DNA of 32,765 bases. Source: Octopus bimaculoides. Taxonomy: Eukaryota. Under the pieces are notes generated by a model. The model saw nothing but the letters and a program-made list of their open reading frames with translations. It was not told where the DNA came from and made no database searches. This document shows positions 1-12,591 of this stretch, piece by piece. A program made the translations under genes and the position numbers. Position 1 is the first letter of the stretch, and every line of letters begins with the position of its first letter. The stretch is from positions 42,651,055 to 42,683,819 of the forward strand of contig NC_068989.1 of the NCBI RefSeq assembly GCF_001194135.2, given 5' to 3'.

Positions 1-64
<64 letters not shown>

Positions 65-210
65 TTTCTATGTATGCAAGTGTGACTGGGCGTGTCTGTG
101 TGAGTGTGTGTGCGTGAAATATGAACGTGTGGATATATTTCATTTGTTTGTTTGTGTGTGTGTGTGAGTGTGTGTGTATGTGTGTGTATGTGTGTGCGTA
201 TGTGTGTGTG
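1..210. repeat. (AT)n/(GT)n microsatellite mosaic
   Basis: Direct reading. Similar (AT)n, (GT)n, (CATA)n and (CT)n tracts recur throughout the window and flank most gaps. Confidence 0.95.
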
Positions 211-264
211 TTTTTCTTTTGTACGGAGAGTTTGTGAAACTGTATACAGAGTAAAATGAGTACG

Positions 265-525
265 TGCCTCGGTTTCGGCTTGCTCACCTTCAACGGACTG
301 TGATTTACCTCAGTTCATATTGGTGTCATATAGCCCTCGGTCTGTTTTTTTTCTTTTGTTGGGTAGGGAGACATACTCACACATATATTAACTCTTACAA
401 GGAAAAGGCTGATAGCGACTTCTAATTTCCGGCTTCTCGCCTTCCCCCAGACGTCATATACTTTAGTTCTTATCGGTGTTATATAGTCCTTGGTTTGATT
501 TTTTTGTTGGGTAGAGGGAACATAT
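265..525 (-). repeat. Two diverged ~150-bp tandem units, each with a decayed hammerhead-like motif (possible Penelope-type pseudo-LTR remnant)
   Basis: Shared blocks TATAGYCCTYGGT...TTGTTGGGTAG recur about 150 bp apart (GGGTAG at 361 and 509). The minus strand reads GTCCGTTGAAGGTGAGCAAGCCGAAACC (~271-298) and GTCTGGGGAAGGCGAGAAGCCGGAAA (~426-451). Confidence 0.5.
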
Positions 526-1211
526 GTGAATGTTAATTAGGTATTCAGGTTATGACTTGCATTGTTTAAAATGTTGGATTTGTAATGTTTTATGGGTTTA
601 GAAAAGAATGTTTGTTGATAATACTGTTGGTCACACCGCATAGATAAGACAATTTGAATTTGGTGTTCTTGTTATTAGCTTCCTAGAAAACAAATTGTGA
701 AGGTGAGAATTGAGGAATCTCTAATACTATAAATATTAAATAGGATTTTCTAAAATGTTTCTAGTGGGGCTATCTATATTAAATGTCTATAGATAAATGC
801 ATATGAGTAATTGCCTGACATTACCAATACCTCCATATAAATATATAAGTATGATGCATTACTCCATAGTTATATGTACCTATAAGGAGACACTTAAACA
901 CAACTTTCTATACACCTACTTCTACATGTCCACCTACACATTATCAAATAACCATTCGCATAACTCCACCTATCATCCCAAAAGAAAACTACCTAAGATT
1001 TATATATAGCCAAAGTAAAGAAGCTAAGTAAATGACAGCACGAAAAATGCGAGCAAGCCGAATTTTTCGAAGTCACTGTCAACTTTTGCAAGGTAATAAA
1101 TATGTACTCTACTAAAAAGTATTAAGTAATTCTTCAGTTTAATATTGATTTGTTTTTGCATATGACTTGACTTAAACACAAACTTTATTTATATATATAT
1201 ATATATATATA

Positions 1212-2106
1212 CTAGCTGACGTACCCGTTAAGTCCCGGGGAAAACGGGGCTTAGCCTTTCGTATCGTTCTCATAATTGTTTCGCTAATCCAATAACAACA
1301 ATACAAAGTATGTAGCCCTTAAAACGGTTTTTGTGCATTTACAGAGGATACCGAACTGTCTTACTCAGAATCTTGCTTTTAGGAATTCCCAATGAGTTAT
1401 GAACGCCCAAATTGTGAAGTCAGTTATGTAATCACATGAAATTAGTTATCCAATAGTAAGAATTCAAATAAAGTAGTCTCGAAAAGGGCTTTAATGCGTT
1501 CCAAGAGTACATAGAACATAGGAGGAAATACTAATAATGTATGTATAATAAAATCGTGAAGCGTGTTAGGTAATAACAGGCTAATCAGATATGAGATCAT
1601 AACAATTCAAAGTAAATAACTCTGAAAAGGGCTTTTGTGCGTTCCCAGAGAATATTACCCTCAGCGGAGCTAGTGTTGGTATATTTGTGAATAAGTCACT
1701 AACCGAAATAAGTGGATCTATTGTTTAGGAAAATACTATTTACTTGTTTAAGTGTTGTACTAGATAAATTGCAAAGATAACTTAACAGTTCAAATGCTAA
1801 GATATAAGGATACACAATTTCATTTTTACCAAATAATCTAGGAAAATGAATGATTTATTTCCCTTGGCTATATATAAGGATCACTTACAGGGGCGAATGG
1901 GTTATTTCCCTTGGTTTTTAAAATAAAATATATTAGATATATATAAGGATCTCTTCCAGGGGCTCTATTATTAATTTTCTTTCAACAATCTGAGCATTTC
2001 TACTCACGTGTCATGTTTCATCAAAATCGATAAATCTATGTAAGAAGAGTTAGCTAACAACTCCACAAAGACACCAACAGACAAAATTTCCCACATATGT
2101 AGTAGA
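1212..2106 (-). mobile_element. Probable non-autonomous Helitron-like element
   Basis: The minus-strand 3' end has a CCCGTT...AACGGG hairpin (1224-1248), 8 nt, then CTAG|T (1212-1215). The putative 5' end is TCTACTACATATG at 2106. Internal short direct repeats are present. The 5' flank base is C rather than the canonical A. Confidence 0.55.
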
Positions 2107-2539
2107 GCTGTGTGTGTGTATCGTTGCTATTATGTTAAACTGTCGTATCCAAATTTGGCCAAATGCGTTTTTTTTCAATATTTAAATTTGCTTGCGATAT
2201 CCAGTTCTTTTTGTCAAACTATCGTATCACCAGCTGCTTCAGATGCCAAGATATCAAAAATTGTCAAAGTGCTATGGAATGGTGAAACTATTTTTTCGTT
2301 TTCTAAAAAAGCAACGTTTCTTCAAAATCTTTAGCACTAGGTTGTACCAATGCATATTTACGCCAGTAACTTTTTAAACAACATCTTTTTCATATATTTT
2401 TAAACAGCATTTGATTGGCTACACGGAAATTCACCGTCTTTCTCTCTGACGAGTGGGTGTATTACCTGATAATGATTATCAATTTTAGATTCCATTTCGA
2501 AGGGTAACACATTCATGAAACGATCGTAAGATATTTTAA

Positions 2540-2568
2540 GGCGGCGAGCTGGCAGAAACGTTAGCACG
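2540..2568 (+). mobile_element. Head of tRNA-derived SINE (family A), cut by gap
   Basis: GGCGGCGAGCTGGCAGAAACGTTAGCACG matches the heads of the copies at 12591(-), 16005, 16227 and 26827. Confidence 0.75.
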
Positions 2569-3163
2569 NNNNNNNNNNNNNNNNNNNNNNNNNNNNNNNN
2601 NNNNNNNNNNNNNNNNNNNNNNNNNNNNNNNNNNNNNNNNNNNNNNNNNNNNNNNNNNNNNNNNNNNNNNNNNNNNNNNNNNNNNNNNNNNNNNNNNNNN
2701 NNNNNNNNNNNNNNNNNNNNNNNNNNNNNNNNNNNNNNNNNNNNNNNNNNNNNNNNNNNNNNNNNNNNNNNNNNNNNNNNNNNNNNNNNNNNNNNNNNNN
2801 NNNNNNNNNNNNNNNNNNNNNNNNNNNNNNNNNNNNNNNNNNNNNNNNNNNNNNNNNNNNNNNNNNNNNNNNNNNNNNNNNNNNNNNNNNNNNNNNNNNN
2901 NNNNNNNNNNNNNNNNNNNNNNNNNNNNNNNNNNNNNNNNNNNNNNNNNNNNNNNNNNNNNNNNNNNNNNNNNNNNNNNNNNNNNNNNNNNNNNNNNNNN
3001 NNNNNNNNNNNNNNNNNNNNNNNNNNNNNNNNNNNNNNNNNNNNNNNNNNNNNNNNNNNNNNNNNNNNNNNNNNNNNNNNNNNNNNNNNNNNNNNNNNNN
3101 NNNNNNNNNNNNNNNNNNNNNNNNNNNNNNNNNNNNNNNNNNNNNNNNNNNNNNNNNNNNNNN
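2569..3163. other. Assembly gap (others at 5223-5408, 7485-7607, 7979-8607, 9802-10046, 10991-11760, 25059-26051, 27737-28416, 30510-30709, 31082-31091)
   Basis: Runs of N, mostly bordered by microsatellites. Confidence 0.99.
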
Positions 3164-3744
3164 ATATATATATATATATATAAGGAGAATCAATGATGCA
3201 AATAAATAAAGACGCTTGGGCTTGATATAAAATAATATACATAGATATATAGTGTAAATATATACATGTAAACAGAAACTGTAGATATTCAGAAAATTAA
3301 TCTTCATCTATAAGCATATGGATATTTATATACTTACAGAACAGATTTACATGGAGTACAAAAGATATAGAAAACGAAGAGGAGAGGGTATGTATTTTAG
3401 GTGCGACAGCTGCTTCTGAGAGTTCGGAAATTGCTCAATAGCTGCATTGTTTGCAGATAGAGTGTGCAAAAGCGTGAAGAATATGCAACCAGTAGTGGAT
3501 GCATATAAGCATTACGGCAAGAAACTCAAAAGCGGGCAGCTTTTTACCGAGGCCAACCATAAAAGAATGGCCATTGGAAAGATAATAATAATGGCGGTGA
3601 CCAGGCATAGCCACAATCTTTGGGCTGAAATACGTAAAAGAATATATGCATACTAATATTCGTACACATATATGTATATGTATATGTGTGTGTCTGTGTG
3701 TGTGTGTGTGTGTGTATAATATTTATGTATATATGTAAATGTAT

Positions 3745-3782
<38 letters not shown>

Positions 3783-4498
3783 ACGTGCACGCGTATGTAT
3801 GTATATATATATGTCATTCCATGAATTTTTTCACGCGCTCCTTAGCCACTGAGATTACATAAAAATACAGCCATACTCCCGGAAGTCAGATTTATTTTTA
3901 AATCTCAACTTTAACGAACAATTCATTAAACTAATTAAGATGTGTAATTGTATAACTTGGCAAATTTTCACTTGCCTGAAATTCAATTTGAAAAAAAAAA
4001 TCTGTTTATTTTCTGTTTATTGTCTGTACCCGAGAGCTTGGACATGAAAGATCATAACATACGCATTACATTTCATCTATAGAATATTGAAATCTTTTAT
4101 ATAAAACTATATGTTTTTTATATTTTGCCTTTGTCGTAGCAGAATCTTTTTCTACATTTTGGAAATTAAATTTTGAAGTATATATGTACATATGTACATT
4201 TACATACATACAAAAATACACACACACGTATGCATGCGCGTGCACACACACACACACACACATGTGTATATACATATGCATACATATATATATATATATA
4301 AAAACATATTTATGTATATAGAAGAATATAGATATGCGTGAATATATAAAGATATATATGTACATATATGTACATATATATAAATATATATATACACACA
4401 CACATATATATATGTAGATATATATGTAGATATATATGTATATCTATCTATCTATCTATATATATATATATATATATGTTGTTTTTTCGTACATTCTC

Positions 4499-4548
<50 letters not shown>

Positions 4549-5037
4549 GCTTTATTTTTCCACCTTGTTGCACATTTCATGTGCTTACTCCGGTATATAT
4601 ATATACATATATATATATGCATACGTACAAATATAAATATATATATATGCCTGTATTTGTGTATGCATATAAAAACATATATATGTATGCCCGTATGCAT
4701 ATATGTATACACACTCTCATATGTGTGTTTATATGTATTTATATATATATACATAGGTACATGTGTGCGCGCGTGTCGTTGGTGAGGGTGTGTATGTATT
4801 TTATAGATGGTAGGTATGTAAGAATATATTTGAATATACATCCTCGAGATACGCGAAGATGAAATTGGAAATACATGTAAATAATGCTCTGAATGAAGAA
4901 CGTATAGGGAGAAAGAAAAAAAAGACAATGAAATATATAGGAAGTGCTGAAGACAAAGAAGTCGATAAGAACGTGGGAAGACTGACAAAAGAGAGGAAGA
5001 CTTTGAAGAAAGACGTTGAAAAAGAAAAAAAGAAGAT

Positions 5038-5073
5038 GAGGAGGAGGAGGAGAAGAAGAAGAAGAAGAAGAAG

Positions 5074-5104
<31 letters not shown>

Positions 5105-5412
5105 GAAGGATGAGGAATAGGAGGAAGATGAGGATGATAAAATAATGAGGAGGAGATGAAAATATTACTACTACTACTACTACTACTACTACTATCACCA
5201 TCACCACTACAACTACTACAACNNNNNNNNNNNNNNNNNNNNNNNNNNNNNNNNNNNNNNNNNNNNNNNNNNNNNNNNNNNNNNNNNNNNNNNNNNNNNN
5301 NNNNNNNNNNNNNNNNNNNNNNNNNNNNNNNNNNNNNNNNNNNNNNNNNNNNNNNNNNNNNNNNNNNNNNNNNNNNNNNNNNNNNNNNNNNNNNNNNNNN
5401 NNNNNNNNAGTG

Positions 5413-5487
<75 letters not shown>

Positions 5488-5552
5488 TGTAGTAGTAGTA
5501 GTAGTAGTAGTAGTAGCAGTAGTAGTAGTAATAATAATAATAATAATAATAA

Positions 5553-5583
<31 letters not shown>

Positions 5584-5610
5584 AAGAAGAAGAAGAAGAA
5601 GAAGAGTGGC
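5038..5610. repeat. Compound trinucleotide repeat (GAG/GAA, CTA, GGT/GTA, AAT, GAA)
   Basis: Direct reading. It produces the poly-R/L/V/S/K pseudo-ORFs in the track. Confidence 0.95.
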
Positions 5611-6142
5611 AGGTGCAGGAGGAGCAGGAGGACGAGGGCGAGGTGGAAGATAAAGATGAAGAACAACATGAACAAGAAAAGAAATACAAGTTACTTTGAA
5701 ATAAACCAAATATATGTCCAATGTGAAGAGGAAAGGAGGGATGGGGAAGAGACGCAATAAAATGTAGAAACAAACAAAAAAGACAACAGCTACAACAACA
5801 ACAACAACTGGTTAAGTATAATAGCAAAAATAGACGTTAGTATTGTGTATTTAATAAACCAAGATATTCTAGTTAATTAAAATGACTCCCTGTATGAATA
5901 GAAAGAACCATTTTAGAAATGACTTATTCTGATAGAAAAAAGAATAGCAGAGAGAGACACTTCCGAAATATTAATTCATTAGAATCAAATTAAATAAGCA
6001 ATGTAGTTGAAAGCTAGTATCATCTCTAGCAATACGGTGAAAACTCCATTCGTATTTTGGTCTTATAGAAACTTATCAGTAATGCTGTTACTGTATATCT
6101 TAGATTAACTCGAGAAGTATATACGAGTTTAGCGCGCAGTAT

Positions 6143-6287
6143 GGCGGTGAATTGGCAGAGTCATTAGGGACCTTGGTTAAAATATATCGTGGTCTTTGTT
6201 CTGAATCTTAGAGTCCAGATTTCAAATCCTGCAGCGGTTAACTTGCCTTTACAACTTTTCGAAGTAAATAATAAAGTACCAATTGAG
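6143..6287 (+). mobile_element. Degenerate SINE family A copy
   Basis: Head GGCGGTGAATTGGCAGAG, B-box-like TTTCAAATCC, then AACTTGCCTTT...AAAGTACCA, collinear with the other family A copies. Confidence 0.6.
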
Positions 6288-6654
6288 TGTGGTGGATTGG
6301 TGAGTTTGTACAAACTTTAGAAGAGGTCTGTTGCATTATTTTTCAAAATTTAGGTATTCTGAGTTCAAATGCAACCGCTGCGTCATTGGATCGTAGATTT
6401 AATTCATTTTTAACTGCATCACCACACTTCATCAGAGTCCACTTTGTTGCAACGCATTCGGGCAAGAGATCGTAGAAAAACTAGATAAGTATAAAGTCAA
6501 TTGGATTTTAATGAACGAACAGAAATTGGTAGAACGACGGGCATTATAAATGCTTCAAAATTGTACAGATTATCCGTGTTTTGATTTTTCTCTTTCTGTG
6601 CCTAAAAGGAATTGCATTTTATCGGTATATCATTGCATTATAAATACTGGTGAA

Positions 6655-6810
6655 GGCATTACTGGCAGGTTAAAAAATTTGCTATGCGACTATGTAGTTT
6701 CAGGTTCAAATTCATAGCATGGTACATAGAGCGAGTGTCTTCTACTGTAAACGCGGGTCAATTAAAGAATGTTAGTGAATTCGGTATGCTGAAACTGTGG
6801 AATCCGTTAA
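6655..6810 (+). mobile_element. Degenerate 5' half of SINE family B
   Basis: GGTTCAAATTC...GAGTGTCTTCTACTGTA...GGGTCAATTAAAG...GTGAATTCGGTA aligns loosely with 16453-16585. Confidence 0.45.
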
Positions 6811-6861
6811 AATGAGGTGAGTTCAAGCAGTATACAACTTTATTTTCCCCCGCCAAAACTA

Positions 6862-7054
6862 ATGCCGTGCGGCCAAAATCTTTTGGGTGAGGGATGACAC
6901 TATCCTTCGTGTGCATGCGCAAACACTTCTGAAATGATAGGCCACACCAGCTCGTCGTGGTTACACCTGGACTACAGACGTGTAGTGCACGCTCGTCGCA
7001 TTTTCGTTTTTACCGTACGCATCAAGCAGAGATATTGCATCAACTTTTGCCAAG
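6862..7054 (+). mobile_element. Mariner 5'-end remnant
   Basis: It ends in KQRYCINFCQ, matching the mariner transposase N-terminal EQRxCIKFC motif (compare EQRICIKFCQ at ~20765 minus). The start ATGCCGTGCGGCCAAAA is TIR-like. Confidence 0.5.
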
Positions 7055-7610
7055 AGAATCATTTAGATGGATTAGTACTGAAAAGCCCCAAAGAGATCAA
7101 AATTGATCTGTTCTCTTCCTTCTTCATATCAAACCAAAGACCTGTTTGAGTATCGGATATTGTGGATGAGTAGATGTAAGGAAGTCATCGATAATGATGA
7201 GAATTACTTATACGATTAAATTTTAGAAGAATGTAAAATTACATAGCTTTTTTCCTTACCCAAATTTCGGACATTACTTTTGGGATGACTTGATATACAT
7301 ATATATAGCGAGAATTCACAAAAAAAAAAGAAAAAAAACGAAGACAGCTGGTGTAGACAACAAACAGATGTATTAGTTTAACACTCAGGAATTGAAAAAG
7401 TCTTTAACGTTTCGAGCCTACGCTCTTCCACAGAAAGGAACACAGAAAGAAACAAGGAAATGTATATGTATGTATGCATATATANNNNNNNNNNNNNNNN
7501 NNNNNNNNNNNNNNNNNNNNNNNNNNNNNNNNNNNNNNNNNNNNNNNNNNNNNNNNNNNNNNNNNNNNNNNNNNNNNNNNNNNNNNNNNNNNNNNNNNNN
7601 NNNNNNNTAT

Positions 7611-7647
<37 letters not shown>

Positions 7648-7700
7648 CATACATACATACATACATACATACATACACACATACATACATCCTTCATCCT

Positions 7701-7843
7701 ATTTCAATCATTAGACTGTGGCCATGCTCTTACACTGCTTTGGAGGACTTTACTCGATCGAATCGACACAACAGTACTTATTTTTTCAAGTCTGGTACTT
7801 ATTCTATCAATCGCTTAGGCTGAGCCAATAGCTTATGGTGACG
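7701..7843 (-). mobile_element. Degenerate 3' half of SINE family B
   Basis: ACTGTGGCCATGCT...ATCGAC...GTACTTATTCTATC...GCTGAGCC...TTATGGTGACG is collinear with 17701-17849. Confidence 0.65.
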
Positions 7844-8607
7844 ACTTTGACTGTTGGATCTTGTGGATATGCAGGATGTATTTGAGTGTCGATGTTGATT
7901 GTCAAAAGAACAAATAAGTACATGTGTGTATATATATATATATGTATATATATATGTACATATATATATATATATATANNNNNNNNNNNNNNNNNNNNNN
8001 NNNNNNNNNNNNNNNNNNNNNNNNNNNNNNNNNNNNNNNNNNNNNNNNNNNNNNNNNNNNNNNNNNNNNNNNNNNNNNNNNNNNNNNNNNNNNNNNNNNN
8101 NNNNNNNNNNNNNNNNNNNNNNNNNNNNNNNNNNNNNNNNNNNNNNNNNNNNNNNNNNNNNNNNNNNNNNNNNNNNNNNNNNNNNNNNNNNNNNNNNNNN
8201 NNNNNNNNNNNNNNNNNNNNNNNNNNNNNNNNNNNNNNNNNNNNNNNNNNNNNNNNNNNNNNNNNNNNNNNNNNNNNNNNNNNNNNNNNNNNNNNNNNNN
8301 NNNNNNNNNNNNNNNNNNNNNNNNNNNNNNNNNNNNNNNNNNNNNNNNNNNNNNNNNNNNNNNNNNNNNNNNNNNNNNNNNNNNNNNNNNNNNNNNNNNN
8401 NNNNNNNNNNNNNNNNNNNNNNNNNNNNNNNNNNNNNNNNNNNNNNNNNNNNNNNNNNNNNNNNNNNNNNNNNNNNNNNNNNNNNNNNNNNNNNNNNNNN
8501 NNNNNNNNNNNNNNNNNNNNNNNNNNNNNNNNNNNNNNNNNNNNNNNNNNNNNNNNNNNNNNNNNNNNNNNNNNNNNNNNNNNNNNNNNNNNNNNNNNNN
8601 NNNNNNN

Positions 8608-8648
<41 letters not shown>

Positions 8649-8780
8649 CACACTCGCACACATGTACGTATGTAAATTAGAATGTATGTGTGTATGGATA
8701 TCTGTATGAATGTATGTGCATATATATAAATGTATGACTTATTTGGATTTATATAAATGCGTATACATACCTATACACAC

Positions 8781-8813
<33 letters not shown>

Positions 8814-9459
8814 ACACACACATATATATATATGTGTGTACACATACACACACACGCACGCATCCACACACACGCACACAGACACACACACACTCACACA
8901 CACACATATTCATGCTTCCGCAGACACAATTATATATCGTATAATTATATAGATTCAGTTATAAAAATAAAAATTAAAAAAAGTTAATTCCTAGATATTA
9001 TTCTGTTAGAAATATAGTAATTAATTTATTCATTCCTAAATGTCCAAATTGAATGCCATGTCTGTAATGTAAGTGTCATCATTGTGCATATTTGCGATTT
9101 AATGAAGTGTTCATGTAAAGAAATATTTACGAATACGATATATGCGAGTTTATGGCGAAAACAGGTCGAATAAATTATAATGTGTATGCGCGCGTGTGCG
9201 TAACATCCATTCGTACCCACATACAAACACGCGTATGCTACGTTGGTTAGACAGTTTTAATATCGTTGTCTGTTCTGAACATAAAGCACCAAAGCTACAG
9301 ACTAATGACATGACTTCCACCGACACAACGACCCACTAACGGAATATTATCACCACACACGTATACAGAGAGTAAGAAAGTAAGTGCGCGTTAGAGGGAG
9401 ATAGCGGAGAAATACCTAAATAAGTATATGTATATAGATATGTGTGTATTATGCATGTA

Positions 9460-10388
9460 TCTTTCTCACTCTCTCTCTCTGCATACACATATATATGTAT
9501 ATATATGTATATGAATATATGTATATGTATATCTATCTATCTATCAATCGATGTAAATAGCCGTTTTAGCGATGCGTCCTGCCCAAGCTCGTCGAAACGC
9601 CGGTGTTAAAACGTGAGTGGCTGATGAAGGAGAATGTTCTCTATGTGGCTCGTGTGTTCTCGTCTACGTTTGTTTGCAATGTCCTGTACTCAGATATGCA
9701 CCTATACATACAGGTGGATGTCGGTATGCACATACCTGTACGTATATATGCATATACTCATTTACCATTTGTTTTTATATATATATATATATATATATAT
9801 TNNNNNNNNNNNNNNNNNNNNNNNNNNNNNNNNNNNNNNNNNNNNNNNNNNNNNNNNNNNNNNNNNNNNNNNNNNNNNNNNNNNNNNNNNNNNNNNNNNN
9901 NNNNNNNNNNNNNNNNNNNNNNNNNNNNNNNNNNNNNNNNNNNNNNNNNNNNNNNNNNNNNNNNNNNNNNNNNNNNNNNNNNNNNNNNNNNNNNNNNNNN
10001 NNNNNNNNNNNNNNNNNNNNNNNNNNNNNNNNNNNNNNNNNNNNNNTCTTTCTCACTCTCTCTCTCTGCATACACATATATATGTATATATATGTATACG
10101 AATATATGTATATGTATATCTATCTATCTATCAATCGATGTAAATAGCCGTTTTAGCGATGCGTCCTGCCCAAGCTCGTCGAAACGCCGGTGTTAAAACG
10201 TGAGTGGCTGATGAAGGAGAATGTTCTCTATGTGGCTCGTGTGTTCTCGTCTACGTTTGTTTGCAATGTCCTGTACCCAGATATGCACCTATACATACAG
10301 GTGGATGTCGGTATGCACATACCTGTACGTATATATGCATATACTCATTTACCATTTGTTTTTATATATATATATATATATATATATT
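9460..10388. repeat. ~340-bp direct duplication across a gap (9460-9801 and 10047-10388), probably uncollapsed haplotypes
   Basis: Constant offset of 587. I found only two substitutions outside the AT tract (9512 T/10099 C and 9690 T/10277 C). Confidence 0.85.
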
Positions 10389-11851
10389 AGATGCAGAGGA
10401 AAGAACGGAGATGATGTGACAAAGAGAAATACACACATATGCATAGAGAAATATAAATATAATCTTAGTCGCGCACGTACTACAGATAGGAAACCATTTT
10501 GTAATTTCGTTTACGATTGTTTACTGAGTCTACAAAATTTAACTTCAGCGTGTAAATCACAGATTGACAGATATATATATAGATAGATCGATACAGGGGA
10601 AACGTTCAACAACGAGGCGTAGAGATTGATGGATGAACAGAGTTATATAATTATAGCTGATCATACACATATGTATCGATGTTATTCTCCGTCTTCTCTT
10701 CCCGTATGCATTCTTCTTCGCTCTTTCTCTCTAACACGTACATGTATACATACATATGGACATCCGACATAAACCCACATACGTGTATCTCTACCTCTCC
10801 CTTAATACACATACACACACACACACGCAAATATATATATATATATGTATATATATATATGTATATGTACATCTATCAGTCTCTTTCTATCTATTTCTCT
10901 CTCACTCTCTCTATTTCTCTCTCTCTCTCTCTGTCTCTCTCTGTCTCTCTCTCTCTCTCTCTCCCTATATATATATATATATATATATATNNNNNNNNNN
11001 NNNNNNNNNNNNNNNNNNNNNNNNNNNNNNNNNNNNNNNNNNNNNNNNNNNNNNNNNNNNNNNNNNNNNNNNNNNNNNNNNNNNNNNNNNNNNNNNNNNN
11101 NNNNNNNNNNNNNNNNNNNNNNNNNNNNNNNNNNNNNNNNNNNNNNNNNNNNNNNNNNNNNNNNNNNNNNNNNNNNNNNNNNNNNNNNNNNNNNNNNNNN
11201 NNNNNNNNNNNNNNNNNNNNNNNNNNNNNNNNNNNNNNNNNNNNNNNNNNNNNNNNNNNNNNNNNNNNNNNNNNNNNNNNNNNNNNNNNNNNNNNNNNNN
11301 NNNNNNNNNNNNNNNNNNNNNNNNNNNNNNNNNNNNNNNNNNNNNNNNNNNNNNNNNNNNNNNNNNNNNNNNNNNNNNNNNNNNNNNNNNNNNNNNNNNN
11401 NNNNNNNNNNNNNNNNNNNNNNNNNNNNNNNNNNNNNNNNNNNNNNNNNNNNNNNNNNNNNNNNNNNNNNNNNNNNNNNNNNNNNNNNNNNNNNNNNNNN
11501 NNNNNNNNNNNNNNNNNNNNNNNNNNNNNNNNNNNNNNNNNNNNNNNNNNNNNNNNNNNNNNNNNNNNNNNNNNNNNNNNNNNNNNNNNNNNNNNNNNNN
11601 NNNNNNNNNNNNNNNNNNNNNNNNNNNNNNNNNNNNNNNNNNNNNNNNNNNNNNNNNNNNNNNNNNNNNNNNNNNNNNNNNNNNNNNNNNNNNNNNNNNN
11701 NNNNNNNNNNNNNNNNNNNNNNNNNNNNNNNNNNNNNNNNNNNNNNNNNNNNNNNNNNNNTGTATATATATAGATATAACACGCATACATATATATATAT
11801 ATATACACACACATATATATATACACCTATATATATGTGTGTGTATATGCA

Positions 11852-11895
<44 letters not shown>

Positions 11896-12237
11896 AAATG
11901 TTCCATGTACTTTTATAATAAAATATTACATATTGAAAGAAAGAAACCACCGACTTTATTATAGCAGCCATCCATGAAGCTATTTTTCCTGCTTTTGTAC
12001 ATTGCATAAGAAGTCAACACAAATTGAGATTTTGATGATTACAATAAATTGTAATTTCAGAAAATTAATTGGATATTATATAAATGAAATGTTTTTGACA
12101 TCCTTCCCAAAACCCCGTAGTGTGCATCCTTGAGCAAAACAAGATTAAGAAAATACTCTTATGTAGCATTAGGCACAGATATATATGTATGTGAGTATCC
12201 AAAATTTATGTATGTGTATGTGCGTAGGTATACATGC

Positions 12238-12272
<35 letters not shown>

Positions 12273-12420
12273 TGTATGTATGTATGCTATCTTCTTTATA
12301 CTTTTAACTTTAAATGAATTTCAACCGGCCACCTACTTGATAGTAAATTTGTGAAGGAAATAATCTTGTTTTGTGTCTTCATCCTTTAAATCTTAAGAGG
12401 GTCTTACTGATTTTTACAAT

Positions 12421-12591
12421 CCTTTCTAGTATAGGCACAAGCCCTGAAATTTTGGGTGAGGGGGCCAGCCGATTAGATCGATCCCAGTACGCAAATAGTG
12501 CTTAATTTATTGACCCCGAAAGGATGAAAGGCAAAGTCGACCTCGGCAGTATCTGAACTCGGCGTGCTAACGATTCTGCCAGCTCACCGCC
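12421..12591 (-). mobile_element. SINE family A with internal deletion and ~17-bp target-site duplication
   Basis: The minus strand reads GGCGGTGAGCTGGCAGAATCGTTAGCACGCCG|AGTTCAGATACTGCCGAGGTCGACTTTGCCTTTCATCCTTTCGGGGTC. Flanks are TTACTGATTTTTACAAT (12404-12420) and TTGCTGATTTTTATAAT (12592-12608). Confidence 0.85.

Noticed and set aside
2400-2568. Minus-strand peptide DRFMNVLPFE resembling the PTP KNRY..ILP(Y/F) motif
   Set aside because: The match is short, the key KNRY is absent, the frame runs into a SINE head and a gap, and no other PTP motifs are present.
4805-4819. TTTTATAG|ATG|GTAGGT possible 3-nt microexon
   Set aside because: It is embedded in microsatellite, and such motifs are expected by chance. 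There is no supporting gene context.
4066-5827. Long ORFs such as 4452-5675, 4801-5757 and 5410-5760
   Set aside because: They are translations of (AT)n and trinucleotide tracts plus N runs, with no domain content. The same applies to all X-filled or YI/HT/CV-repeat ORFs in the track.
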